From the IMG/VR virus record IMGVR_UViG_2706794662_000007: a stretch of DNA of 64,000 nt; one strand, 5' to 3'. The stretch comes from a virus (lineage: Duplodnaviria > Heunggongvirae > Uroviricota > Caudoviricetes). A program made the translations under genes and the position numbers. Within the stretch, counting starts at the first letter, position 1, and every line of letters begins with the position of its first letter. Positions 49,405 to 58,297 of the stretch are shown one piece after another. The notes beneath the pieces are model-generated. The model saw only the letters and a list, made by a program, of their open reading frames with translations. It did not search any database and was not told the origin of the DNA.

Positions 49405-49617
49405 TTAGTGTATTTTCTTTAACAGACCCCAAAGTGTACCGGCTTTTGTAGTCAGTTTTCCTGTTTCTGGATCGTACATACGCCATTCACGCCGCTGGTG
49501 GACGATATACCCATCTTCACGTTCCAGACGCTCAAGAATGCCAGGCTGCTTGAAACCCTTAGCACGCCAGTAGCCGCTTGTTTTCTCGATTTCCAGACCT
49601 GCCAGTGTTAATGCCAT
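49405..49617 (-). CDS. hypothetical protein
   Basis: 70 aa ORF; hairpin 49373-49394 downstream. Confidence 0.4.
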   Translation of the reverse strand: MALTLAGLEIEKTSGYWRAKGFKQPGILERLEREDGYIVHQRREWRMYDPETGKLTTKAGTLWGLLKKIH

Positions 49618-49952
49618 TACCCAACCTCCTTGCAGTCATCGAAAAGGTAGCTTTGCTGAGAAGCGTGAACGCCATAGAAGCCCTTGTATTTGTTGTATAC
49701 GAAGTGGTCTTCTCCGACGCCGGTTAATTTGCCATTACGATTTGTGAGATATGGGGATGACAACACTCGATCGTCACGCACAACATAGAACTGGTCGCCG
49801 CTGTCTACGACCATCGCTCCATATGGTGCTTTTATGACGTCGGTAAGAGCGCCATTCTTAACGTCGGCTACAGACATTTCACACTGATAAACAGTGGTGT
49901 CGGCCACAACGATCGAAGAAAGAAACAACAGCGCGAATGGGATGGTCTTCAT
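49617..49952 (-). CDS. secreted protein with signal peptide (hypothetical)
   Basis: MKTIPFALLFLSSIVVA N-terminus. Confidence 0.45.
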   Translation of the reverse strand: MKTIPFALLFLSSIVVADTTVYQCEMSVADVKNGALTDVIKAPYGAMVVDSGDQFYVVRDDRVLSSPYLTNRNGKLTGVGEDHFVYNKYKGFYGVHASQQSYLFDDCKEVG

Positions 49953-50128
49953 GCTGCCACCTCTTTGATTACATCAAATGCTGAATTAAATACGAGCACG
50001 ATAGCCAAAGCGTTTATGACTACGTCGTGCACCGGGGAAAAGACTTTACGAATGACACCAGTGAAAATGCAGTCGATGACAAAAGCTATTGAAACGATGA
50101 GTAACAAGTATTCAATAAAAATCTTCAT
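49949..50128 (-). CDS. small membrane protein (59 aa)
   Basis: Manual translation MKIFIEYLLLIVSIAFVIDCIFTGVIRKVFSPVHDVVINALAIVLVFNSAFDVIKEVAA; stop overlaps next ATG (ATGA); motif B upstream. Confidence 0.35.
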   Translation of the reverse strand: MKIFIEYLLLIVSIAFVIDCIFTGVIRKVFSPVHDVVINALAIVLVFNSAFDVIKEVAA

Positions 50129-50167
50129 GATAGGTAGATACTAACTTATATAAACTTTACTGTAAAC

Positions 50168-50443
50168 TCACTCAAAAGTGCTGATGCTTAAAATACGCTC
50201 AAGATGTTCAGCATCTTCATTACTGATTTGTTGAGTCTCTTCTACGTACCAACAGTTGCCGTTATGCCAACAAACACCATCATCATCAACCATCACTGAA
50301 TCAGCGTCATGACCTGTATATTCAACAAGAGTACGCTGGATCAGCGCGTCAGTTTCTTCATCGTTAAGGCCATCGACTTTGACCATAAAAAGCGGAAACA
50401 CGTCATAGACAGTGCTGGTAACGATTCGAACTAAAACTCTCAT
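50168..50443 (-). CDS. hypothetical protein
   Basis: 91 aa ORF with conserved start context. Confidence 0.45.
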   Translation of the reverse strand: MRVLVRIVTSTVYDVFPLFMVKVDGLNDEETDALIQRTLVEYTGHDADSVMVDDDGVCWHNGNCWYVEETQQISNEDAEHLERILSISTFE

Positions 50444-50498
50444 GTGTTTTTCCTTTTGTGGTTAGTGTTTACTTATTTTGTTAGTTATGAATAGGCGA

Positions 50499-50924
50499 TC
50501 AATCTTCTTGGTTAGGGAAAAACTGTTCAATAACTCTGTCAACGGCTGTGTCTATATGGAGTAGATGCCACACAACCATATCTTTGCTTCCCATGCCTTG
50601 TGTGAATATCACGTCATACTTACGCCATGCGCAGTGGAACCAATATGCTGAGTCATCAATTGGTAAATCCTCTCCCGCCTCTTTGAAGTATTTCAGCAGC
50701 ATTGCCTGCTCTGCCGTTGGCGTTGGACCTATTTCCTGAGCGTACATACGGATGAATCGCTGCCAGTCTGTCTCGTCGGGGGTTGGATCTGGTGGGGTCA
50801 TTTCTGCGATAGCGTTTCGTAGCTGATGCGCCCAATCAGGTTCAGGAAAGCCTTTTGCTACTTCATCATCAATAACATCCAGAGCCACGTTTGCGGCATC
50901 GTAGAGTTTCTTAATTGCTGCCAT
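50499..50924 (-). CDS. hypothetical protein
   Basis: 141 aa ORF. Confidence 0.45.
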   Translation of the reverse strand: MAAIKKLYDAANVALDVIDDEVAKGFPEPDWAHQLRNAIAEMTPPDPTPDETDWQRFIRMYAQEIGPTPTAEQAMLLKYFKEAGEDLPIDDSAYWFHCAWRKYDVIFTQGMGSKDMVVWHLLHIDTAVDRVIEQFFPNQED

Positions 50925-50985
50925 GTTTACTTCTCCTTATAAATAGGAAAATAATCACCTTTGAAAAAATAAAGCAAAGATATAT

Positions 50986-51375
50986 TCACTCCGATACAAG
51001 ACGTTTATATGCTTCGATGTCTCGACGTGCTTCACCGAGTTTTCTTCTTAGGTCCATATTTTCTGATTCAAGTTTTTCAATGTTTTTTTGGTATCGGCCA
51101 CGATGTTCTTCCCAGGCATCCTGATATGCCTTCATATATGTCGTATTAGCCTTTCTTTTTGCCTGACGAACCGCGTGGTGATTTTCTACAAACCAGTCAG
51201 GGTCGTTAAATGCTGCTCTTGCGCATTTATACCAATAATCGGTTGACTCTCTGTTTAACCAATGAATGGTGATAAATGGTAATCGAATAGACAGAATTTT
51301 TCGTTTGGAATCTCGCTCACCAAACATATGCCCTTTTTTTATCTTTAAACCGAACCCAGGTTGAATTAAAAGCAT
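50986..51375 (-). CDS. hypothetical protein
   Basis: 129 aa ORF. Confidence 0.45.
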   Translation of the reverse strand: MLLIQPGFGLKIKKGHMFGERDSKRKILSIRLPFITIHWLNRESTDYWYKCARAAFNDPDWFVENHHAVRQAKRKANTTYMKAYQDAWEEHRGRYQKNIEKLESENMDLRRKLGEARRDIEAYKRLVSE

Positions 51376-51395
51376 TGTCAGTACCTCAGATGCAT

Positions 51396-52136
51396 TTATG
51401 GCAGTAATTCTTTACCGCTTTCCATTTTGGTGATAGAGACAGTAGGATCATCGTTAATGCATGATTCTGTGCCTAATGCTGCTAACCCTTTACGCATAAC
51501 CGTGCCCGCAACATACGCCTCAATCTCCGCCTTTCCAGATGAGACAATTTCATCCATTTGTTCCTGCATTAATTCGGTAGCAAAGCACAGATTTTCAGGA
51601 AGGTTAGCTACAGCAGATGCTAGTTTTCTATATAGTTCTTCAAGGTCACGTTTTCCAGCTCTTCCTTTTTTCACAAGTTCACCTAGCTCTGAAACTTGCT
51701 GATTAAGTCGATCAATCTCACTATTCGTAGCGGCCTTTATTTGATCGTTGAATTTTTGCCGAATACTTTTTTGCTCGGCAATATCATGAACTCTAATTGA
51801 GTCTCCAATGGTTTTATATGAAATAGTGCATGGCACACCTTCGCCCACTCCAAAACTGCTAACCATAGCAGCCCATTGTGCCTGGCTAAGTCTAATTTCA
51901 ACTAAAGGCCGTCTATTGCAACTTCTTTGTGGGCGGGTTCGTTCATTGTCTAAGGACAGTTCCGCCTCGTAAACGCCTATTTCAATATAGTCTCTATGTT
52001 CCAGTTCTGAATCAAATAGGCGAATGCCAGTTGTGCTAACACGGCTTGTTTTCACAAGACCGAACGCTGGATGTGTTTGAATTTTTTCCCCATGTTTATT
52101 AAGGGTCGTTTTTGGTTCTTCAATTTTTCTTTTCAT
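51396..52136 (-). CDS. hypothetical protein
   Basis: 246 aa ORF. Confidence 0.5.
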   Translation of the reverse strand: MKRKIEEPKTTLNKHGEKIQTHPAFGLVKTSRVSTTGIRLFDSELEHRDYIEIGVYEAELSLDNERTRPQRSCNRRPLVEIRLSQAQWAAMVSSFGVGEGVPCTISYKTIGDSIRVHDIAEQKSIRQKFNDQIKAATNSEIDRLNQQVSELGELVKKGRAGKRDLEELYRKLASAVANLPENLCFATELMQEQMDEIVSSGKAEIEAYVAGTVMRKGLAALGTESCINDDPTVSITKMESGKELLP

Positions 52137-52183
52137 CTTATTAACCTCTATGCTTCATGCGTAAAGCTAAATGACAATTTTTT

Positions 52184-53008
52184 TTAATATCCGGCGTATT
52201 CGTATTCTTCATTTAGACCGTATTCTTGTGGAGTGATACCAGGACAACATAACTCAAAGGCGAACTTGCGCCATTTGATTTTTTCTTCTGACGATTGTTT
52301 GTTATTCGCCGGTGCAATGTAGTCATATTCCCATTTGCCGTTGCGAAGTAAAATGAATCCGCAGTTATTGCCGAAGTCTTCGTCTGCATAACGTATTACA
52401 AACTCAAGGTGCGGGAACTTTCTAGCCATCGCTTGATAAATTGGTTTTGGCATAGACCAGGCTGTTTCAAAGCGAATCACCAACTCACCACCAGTTGCGG
52501 CATGTCTTGCAAGACGTTTTTTATAGATTCGTTTTGCATATGCTCGAACGTGTGTATGGCGGAAATTATGGCCGTACTTAATACGTGTAGGGATACGTTT
52601 TACGGGCATTTCGATGTTGTAGGCATTCCATTTTGTTCCCCAATTAGCTCGCGACCAGTCAAACCATGAGTAATAGCCATAGCGACGATAATTCTCAAGC
52701 CGCATAAGAGCCTGCTCTTTGATTTTGCGAATTTCCTTGCGTGTCATTCCTGATTCACGCATAGCTAATTCGACCTGTTCTGGAGTCTTTAATTCACCGA
52801 ACATGTGGTCGTAAACTGTTTCGCCCGCCATTGCAGAGGCCATGCGCCTGATATGATTGTTTTCTTCCATTTCTATACTTTTCGGACGTCTGCAAATGGT
52901 ATTAAAGTCAATTAGACCTTTTTTGTTAGTTATGGCACGTATGAAATCTAAGCGTTGTTTATTTGTACCACCTATGACTCGGATTTCGTTTGTAATGTGG
53001 TTGGGCAT
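52184..53008 (-). CDS. hypothetical conserved phage/plasmid protein
   Basis: 274 aa; YGYYSWFDWSRANWGTKWNA motif; motif A at 53013-53031 upstream. Confidence 0.5.
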   Translation of the reverse strand: MPNHITNEIRVIGGTNKQRLDFIRAITNKKGLIDFNTICRRPKSIEMEENNHIRRMASAMAGETVYDHMFGELKTPEQVELAMRESGMTRKEIRKIKEQALMRLENYRRYGYYSWFDWSRANWGTKWNAYNIEMPVKRIPTRIKYGHNFRHTHVRAYAKRIYKKRLARHAATGGELVIRFETAWSMPKPIYQAMARKFPHLEFVIRYADEDFGNNCGFILLRNGKWEYDYIAPANNKQSSEEKIKWRKFAFELCCPGITPQEYGLNEEYEYAGY

Positions 53009-53067
53009 AATTAACTTAACCTTTTAACAAATTGTTTTCTTGTGTGTGATAATAACGAGAATAAAAC

Positions 53068-53086
53068 GGCGTCCAACTGGACGCCT
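53068..53086 (-). terminator. terminator hairpin
   Basis: ggcgtccagttggacgcc followed by T-run on minus strand. Confidence 0.55.
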
Positions 53087-53103
53087 GATCTTCTTAATGA
53101 GAG

Positions 53104-53934
53104 TTATTTCACTGTAATGAAAGGAGTGTTAGCCCCTTGAGTCATGTACTGCGGTAACTGGCCATTCCATTTATTGATGGCTTCCAGTTCCATAACGTTC
53201 GGGTTTTGACGCAGAGCTTCACCGCGCAGACGAATGGCGTCTGCTTCTGCTTGCGCACGAGCACGGATAGCATCAGCTTCACCATTAGCCTGTTCACGTA
53301 GCATATTCGCCTCAGCTTTACGTTGTTCAACTTCCTGCTGACGTTGCAGAGTACGCTGGTTAGCCGTTACTTTGGCGTTGATAGATTCAATGACGGTTTT
53401 TGGGTAATCAGGCTTTCCAACCCATGACAGGCTCAGTACCTCAATACCAACCGGAGACATCTCTTTCTGAATATCTTTCAGTGCGTTGTCCAGCAATTGC
53501 GCCTTACCACCGTCGATAAATGAGTCAGTGGTCATACGGCTGGCCAAACGGTTTAGAGAGTCGGCAATTTTCTGACGCAGATCTGATTCGGTGATATCGT
53601 CTACGCCTTTGCGATAGGTCTGGAACACCGTCGTTACCTTGTCACGATTAACCAGATACGCAACGCCAATTTTGTGACCAATAGCAGTACCGTCACTCAT
53701 CTGGAATGTGAACGGTTCGTCGTAGGTCTTCATTTGTTTGAAGGTCGGGAATACGTAAAGTTCGGTGTTAAGACCTGTCCATTGGCGACCAACGCCAACC
53801 ACTTCACCGATCCCTTTGTCTTCACCTAATTTGTTTACTTTGATGCCAACGTATCCAGGCTCCACGCGATCACAGCCAGTAAGACCCATTGTGCAAATAG
53901 CCGCCAGAGCAACTGCAAGTAAACCTTTCTTCAT
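53104..53934 (-). CDS. SPFH/band-7 domain lipoprotein
   Basis: Lipobox-like MGLTGC at N-terminus; SPFH-type body with coiled-coil A/E/R-rich C-terminal region. Confidence 0.7.
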   Translation of the reverse strand: MKKGLLAVALAAICTMGLTGCDRVEPGYVGIKVNKLGEDKGIGEVVGVGRQWTGLNTELYVFPTFKQMKTYDEPFTFQMSDGTAIGHKIGVAYLVNRDKVTTVFQTYRKGVDDITESDLRQKIADSLNRLASRMTTDSFIDGGKAQLLDNALKDIQKEMSPVGIEVLSLSWVGKPDYPKTVIESINAKVTANQRTLQRQQEVEQRKAEANMLREQANGEADAIRARAQAEADAIRLRGEALRQNPNVMELEAINKWNGQLPQYMTQGANTPFITVK

Positions 53935-53937
53935 TAC

Positions 53938-54138
53938 TTATTTCCCCTTTGCTTTGATTAATGAGTTGATAAACTTACGACCAGCAATAAGACCGATTAC
54001 AGGAGCACCAAAACCAACGATAACTCCAAACATGACGGCTAAATCACTCTTGGTAGAAATCAGCGACGGAACCAGTAAACCGTAGATGAGAGCCACTGAA
54101 ACGCCTGTGGCTACTGCCAATAGATAGATTTTGATCAT
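53938..54138 (-). CDS. small two-helix membrane protein upstream of SPFH gene
   Basis: 66 aa, IYLLAVATGVSVALIYGLLV and VMFGVIVGFGAPVIGLIAG; 3 nt from SPFH start. Confidence 0.45.
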   Translation of the reverse strand: MIKIYLLAVATGVSVALIYGLLVPSLISTKSDLAVMFGVIVGFGAPVIGLIAGRKFINSLIKAKGK

Positions 54139-54205
54139 GTGTTTTCCTATGTGGTTGTTATGCGAAAATAATAAGTAAGTACTTATATATTTTCAAGAGA
54201 TAAAA

Positions 54206-54226
54206 AAGGCGTCCTGTGGACGCCTT
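54206..54226 (-). terminator. terminator hairpin
   Basis: aaggcgtccacaggacgcctt followed by T6 on minus strand. Confidence 0.6.
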
Positions 54227-54230
54227 GTGT

Positions 54231-55321
54231 TTACTCTTCTACTGACTCGGTGGGGTTGTCTTTTGCTCTTCGGTCGTCGATTGCCTGCAAAGCCGCAATG
54301 ATTTCAGCCAGTGGCTTCTCCCGATACATCTCGACGATCTGCGATTTGGTGTATTTCTTGTCACCAATTTCAACTCGCCCGCTGGCGTTCTTTGGCAGGT
54401 ATCCTTCTTCCAGCATGTACTCGACGAGCGATTCGATAACGTCGAGGCCACGAGTAGGATCGAAGTAGAATTTCCAGGTGCATTTGCCATACGGTGGTGC
54501 AACTTTGTTTTTGATGCATTCTGCGCCTACGTCCTGGCCGATCTTCTCTTTACCATCCTTCATCACCGATGCACCAAGACGGATACGTACAGAAGCGTAG
54601 AACTTCGGTGAATCTCCACCTGGAGACGTAGTAGGGTCGCCAAACATTACACCGATTTTTGTGCGAACCTGATTCAAGAAGATGATGCAGGCGTTGTATT
54701 TGCGTGCCCACAAAGCCAGAGTAGGGAAGTTCGCACTTGTCGCACGAGCCAGTGCCGTATTGTCGTTCATGTTTAGCTGATCTTTGTCTTTGGCAGTGCC
54801 TTCAGCCATCTTTTCGAACTTCTCGGCTTTGGAGTTCGGAACCATAGACGCAAGTGAGTCAGCCACGATACAGATAGGTGCTGATTCAGGAATAAGCTCT
54901 TCATCACGTACCAATTTAAGAATTGTGCCGATCAACTCTACAGAGTCTTCGAAGGTATCAGGCTGCTTGTATACCCACTGACCGTCATCCTCATCTGCAT
55001 TCAAACCATTGGCTACAGCCAGGCCAACGTCAAAACTGTTCTCATGATCGAGGANNNNNNNNNNNNNNNNNNNNNNNNNNNNNNNNNNNNNNNNNNNNNN
55101 NNNNNNNNNNNNNNNNNNNNNNNNNNNNNNNNNNNNNNNNNNNNNNNNNNNNNNNNNNNNNNNNNNNNNNNNNNNNNNNNNNNNNNNNNNNNNNNNNNNN
55201 NNNNNNNNNNNNNNNNNNNNNNNNNNNNNNNNNNNNNNNNNNNNNNNNNNNNNNNNNNNNNNNNNNNNNNNNNNNNNNNNNNNNNNNNNNNNNNNNNNNN
55301 NNNNNNNNNNNNTTTTGCCAT
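54231..55321 (-). CDS. RecA-family recombinase (UvsX/RecA-like), interrupted by N-run 55055-55312
   Basis: C-terminal part ...IIFLNQVRTKIGVMFGDPTTSPGGDSPKFYASVRIRLG matches the RecA core (loop L2 region); N-terminal ATG at 55321; Walker motifs presumably masked. Confidence 0.8.
55055..55312. other. N-run
   Basis: 258 n. Confidence 1.
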
Positions 55322-55323
55322 GA

Positions 55324-55596
55324 TCAGGCTCCTTTTGTTTCGTTGATTCGTTTTAAAGCGGCGGATTCGTCGAATACAATCGCATCGTGGTTAAGGAGTC
55401 TGGATACACGAGCGAGGATTTTTACGACCTGCTCGCTGACTAATCCAAACTCGCGATCTGTCGCTTTCATTCCGGCAGCGCCTAGAATTGACGGCAGTGC
55501 GATGACAGCGTACTCACCGTGATAAAAGACAATCTCTTTTGCCAGTTGGGTAGGGGTGGTTGTAGCGCCATTAATAATCGATTTAAGCATTAGCAA
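55324..55596 (-). CDS. hypothetical protein
   Basis: 90 aa ORF. Confidence 0.4.
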   Translation of the reverse strand: MLMLKSIINGATTTPTQLAKEIVFYHGEYAVIALPSILGAAGMKATDREFGLVSEQVVKILARVSRLLNHDAIVFDESAALKRINETKGA

Positions 55597-56534
55597 TACC
55601 TTTCGAATGGAAGAACAAACACTTCAAGGTCTTCAAGGAACGAACGGAAATTCAGCTCGTAGCACAGTTGCTCGAATGCTTTCACGTCACGATTGCCTTT
55701 GATTGTTTCGATTTCGGTAGGCGGAAACTTCGTCTCAATCAGGTTCATTAGCGTGATGTTTCTCTTGAACGCTTCGAGCATTCGACAGCCTGTTTTCTCG
55801 TTGAAGGCATTCTTCGCTAGTTTGTTGAAGGCGGTCTTATGGCGTCCTTTGTCAACCACGATTGAGCCGTCGTTGATGCCGCGTACCATCGTTGCGACAC
55901 TTCCCCATTCATGCAGCAGCTCTTTCGCACCGCCAGCACCAATGCCACCAACACCGCTAATGTTGTCCGATTTATCGCCTTGTAATGCTTTTGCTTCCAA
56001 AAATGCGCGAGGAGTAGCGAATCCTGTCAGCTCCGCAAATTGCTCAAAATTAACCTGCTTGTTTTTGGCGTCTTCGCGCAGGCTTACCCAGCTTACGTTT
56101 TCGCGAACTAACTGAAGCCAGTCGCTATCGCCTGTTAACAGATAGATGTGTTCAACAATTGGCTGCGGTGCAATGCTGGCTACCAGCAGCCCGGCCAGAT
56201 CATCCGCTTCTGCATCTTTTGCAATGAGTTGGGTAACTCCAAGCGCGGTCATCATTTTGAGGATGTATGGCTTCTGGATAGCAAAGCCTTCCTTCATCTT
56301 TTTCATATCAGGATCGTCGTCGCGATTTGCTTTGTAGTCCGGGTAAAAGTCGCGACGCTTGTCACTAAATCCATCCCAAAGAATCATAGGTCGGGCATGG
56401 AGGATGGAGGCATAACGACGGACGTTCTTAACAAAGCCGAAAGCAGCCTGTACTTCCATTTCGCCGTTGTGCAATTTGTCAGATTGTTGGTGGTAATAAC
56501 CCAGGCTATTGCCATCTACGAAGAGATAATTCAC
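55590..56534 (-). CDS. 5'-3' exonuclease / flap endonuclease (FEN family)
   Basis: NYLFVDGNSLGYY, EADDLAG, LLTGDSDWLQL, GDKSDNISGVGGIG; start set to GTG after GGAAGGA ribosome-binding site, because the longer track ORF runs through the ssb terminator hairpin. Confidence 0.8.
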   Translation of the reverse strand: MNYLFVDGNSLGYYHQQSDKLHNGEMEVQAAFGFVKNVRRYASILHARPMILWDGFSDKRRDFYPDYKANRDDDPDMKKMKEGFAIQKPYILKMMTALGVTQLIAKDAEADDLAGLLVASIAPQPIVEHIYLLTGDSDWLQLVRENVSWVSLREDAKNKQVNFEQFAELTGFATPRAFLEAKALQGDKSDNISGVGGIGAGGAKELLHEWGSVATMVRGINDGSIVVDKGRHKTAFNKLAKNAFNEKTGCRMLEAFKRNITLMNLIETKFPPTEIETIKGNRDVKAFEQLCYELNFRSFLEDLEVFVLPFERYC

Positions 56535-56552
56535 CGGTACATTCCTTCCAAA

Positions 56553-56578
56553 AAGTAAGGCGTCCGTAGACGCCTTAC
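56553..56578 (-). terminator. terminator hairpin after ssb
   Basis: aaggcgtctacggacgcctt followed by T-run on minus strand. Confidence 0.5.
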
Positions 56579-56594
56579 TGGTCACGTAATGGGA

Positions 56595-57623
56595 TTACAG
56601 AGAGTCCAGCTCTCTCAGTAGGTCATCCAGACCTTCATCTTCCGTCGCAGATGCGGCTGCTACAGATGTCGCTGCGACTGCTTCAGACTCTTTGACTGAT
56701 ACGGCAACGGCAGCGGAACTTGCCTCTGGTTTAAATTCAGTTTCAACGGCACGGAGGATTTCTTCATCAACCAGACTGGTTGGTTCAGAAGCCGGTGTGT
56801 GCGCGGTTGCTACAGCCGTCGCTCCTTCTGTATGACCAGTGACAGAGCCAAATCCAGGTAGTGCCGCAGCCGATGTTTTCGCGGTTGAGGAAATTGCTGG
56901 TGCAGATGCTGCGGCAGTTGGTGCAGCGATGCCAATCAGACGACCCATAGTGCGAACTGTCGACAGAAGACGAGTTTCATCAGCCTGATTTGCGTATGCG
57001 ATCAGATCATGCTGGGTGTTCCAGAATTTATCTTCGATATCGCCTTTGTAGACTTTACGCTTAGGCGAGACGTCATATTTGGTATCGCGACCAGAGCCAG
57101 TACGTTTAATCAGGAATGCGTAGCCTTCCTCTTTGCTCAGTGGATTGCCGATATCATCAGCGATGTCTTCGGTGATTGCTTTGCAGATATCATCGAATAC
57201 AGTAGACGGCAGCTCGATTAATTGGCATTTCTCAGCATCTGCGAAATCCTCACGAGCAGAAAGAATGCCGTTGACCAGGTAGCGAGGAGTGGCACGCATT
57301 TGACCGATGCGTTCTTCCATTGCTTTGTTACCCTTGTGACGAGCGCGACCTTCCATCACCATTTCGCATAGCTGACAAGCGCGACCGTGAGTATGTTGCT
57401 CACAAATATAAGCGTTGGTTGCTTCTTTACCTTCCTCGTTCTGATACTTAACGTAGTGCATACCGAAAGTCTGGAAGAACTTACCGTTTGGGTCGTCTTT
57501 ATTCGGGAAGATGCGGATATAGTTGACGCCGTCTTTTAAGCGAGTCAGATCAACGTTGTTGCCACGTTTGGCGGCAATGTCTTCACGAGTTTTGTTAAGC
57601 AAATCAAGTAATGTCTTAGACAT
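56595..57623 (-). CDS. single-stranded DNA-binding protein (gp32-like)
   Basis: Zn-ligand-like C/H cluster YICEQHTHGRACQLCE, A/S/T-rich linker, acidic tail DEGLDDLLRELDSL. Confidence 0.6.
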   Translation of the reverse strand: MSKTLLDLLNKTREDIAAKRGNNVDLTRLKDGVNYIRIFPNKDDPNGKFFQTFGMHYVKYQNEEGKEATNAYICEQHTHGRACQLCEMVMEGRARHKGNKAMEERIGQMRATPRYLVNGILSAREDFADAEKCQLIELPSTVFDDICKAITEDIADDIGNPLSKEEGYAFLIKRTGSGRDTKYDVSPKRKVYKGDIEDKFWNTQHDLIAYANQADETRLLSTVRTMGRLIGIAAPTAAASAPAISSTAKTSAAALPGFGSVTGHTEGATAVATAHTPASEPTSLVDEEILRAVETEFKPEASSAAVAVSVKESEAVAATSVAAASATEDEGLDDLLRELDSL

Positions 57624-57740
57624 GTGTTTCTCCTTGTTGTGATTTGGCCGATGGCGCTATGCGCGTTGGGCTTTCGTTCATTCGTGGCTCTTTCGAGCTG
57701 TTAAATGATAGATCAGTACTTACTTATTATCTATCAAAAA

Positions 57741-58172
57741 TCAACGGGGAGTAATAAAGCGTTCAGAGCCTAATCGCTCTAATTCAACGATGGCCATCTT
57801 TGACGCCTGAACGATCATGTCTCGGCGATGCGAAAAGGCGGCGACAGCATGTTTGTATATGTCTGCTATGTGCCGTGCGTCATCCAACTTCTGACGTTTA
57901 GATAGATACTGTGGGTTCGTTTTAACCTTAGCGTCCAGTACAGACTCGTTGAACTTAATGCCGTTCATACTCAAGTTCTTACGCTCTGTGTCGTATAGCT
58001 TTGCTTCAACAGCTTCAAGGTTAAGTTTTGCCTCTGCGACACTTCTTTCTGCATGAGCGAGTTTTGAGCCATACTCCATTAAAAGGCGGGGTTGTCTACG
58101 CCAGACTTCCTCCAGATTGTCTCGGTCAAACTCGAGATCAGACATTATTTTCTCGTAAATATCGGTGATCAT
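57741..58172 (-). CDS. hypothetical protein (helical; possible recombination mediator)
   Basis: 143 aa ORF between ssb and dnaE; function not recognised. Confidence 0.45.
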   Translation of the reverse strand: MITDIYEKIMSDLEFDRDNLEEVWRRQPRLLMEYGSKLAHAERSVAEAKLNLEAVEAKLYDTERKNLSMNGIKFNESVLDAKVKTNPQYLSKRQKLDDARHIADIYKHAVAAFSHRRDMIVQASKMAIVELERLGSERFITPR

Positions 58173-58267
58173 GTGCTTTCCTTTTTACTTATCATCTTAT
58201 ATTGATTATATCATTGTGATGATAAGGCAAGGAGTTCGAGGATAGGGGATATGAGGGGATAAGAGAA

Positions 58268-58290
58268 AACATGGCCATAGAGGCCATGTT
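58268..58290 (-). terminator. terminator hairpin after dnaE
   Basis: aacatggcctctatggccatgtt followed by T-rich run. Confidence 0.55.
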
Positions 58291-58297
58291 TATTGGA

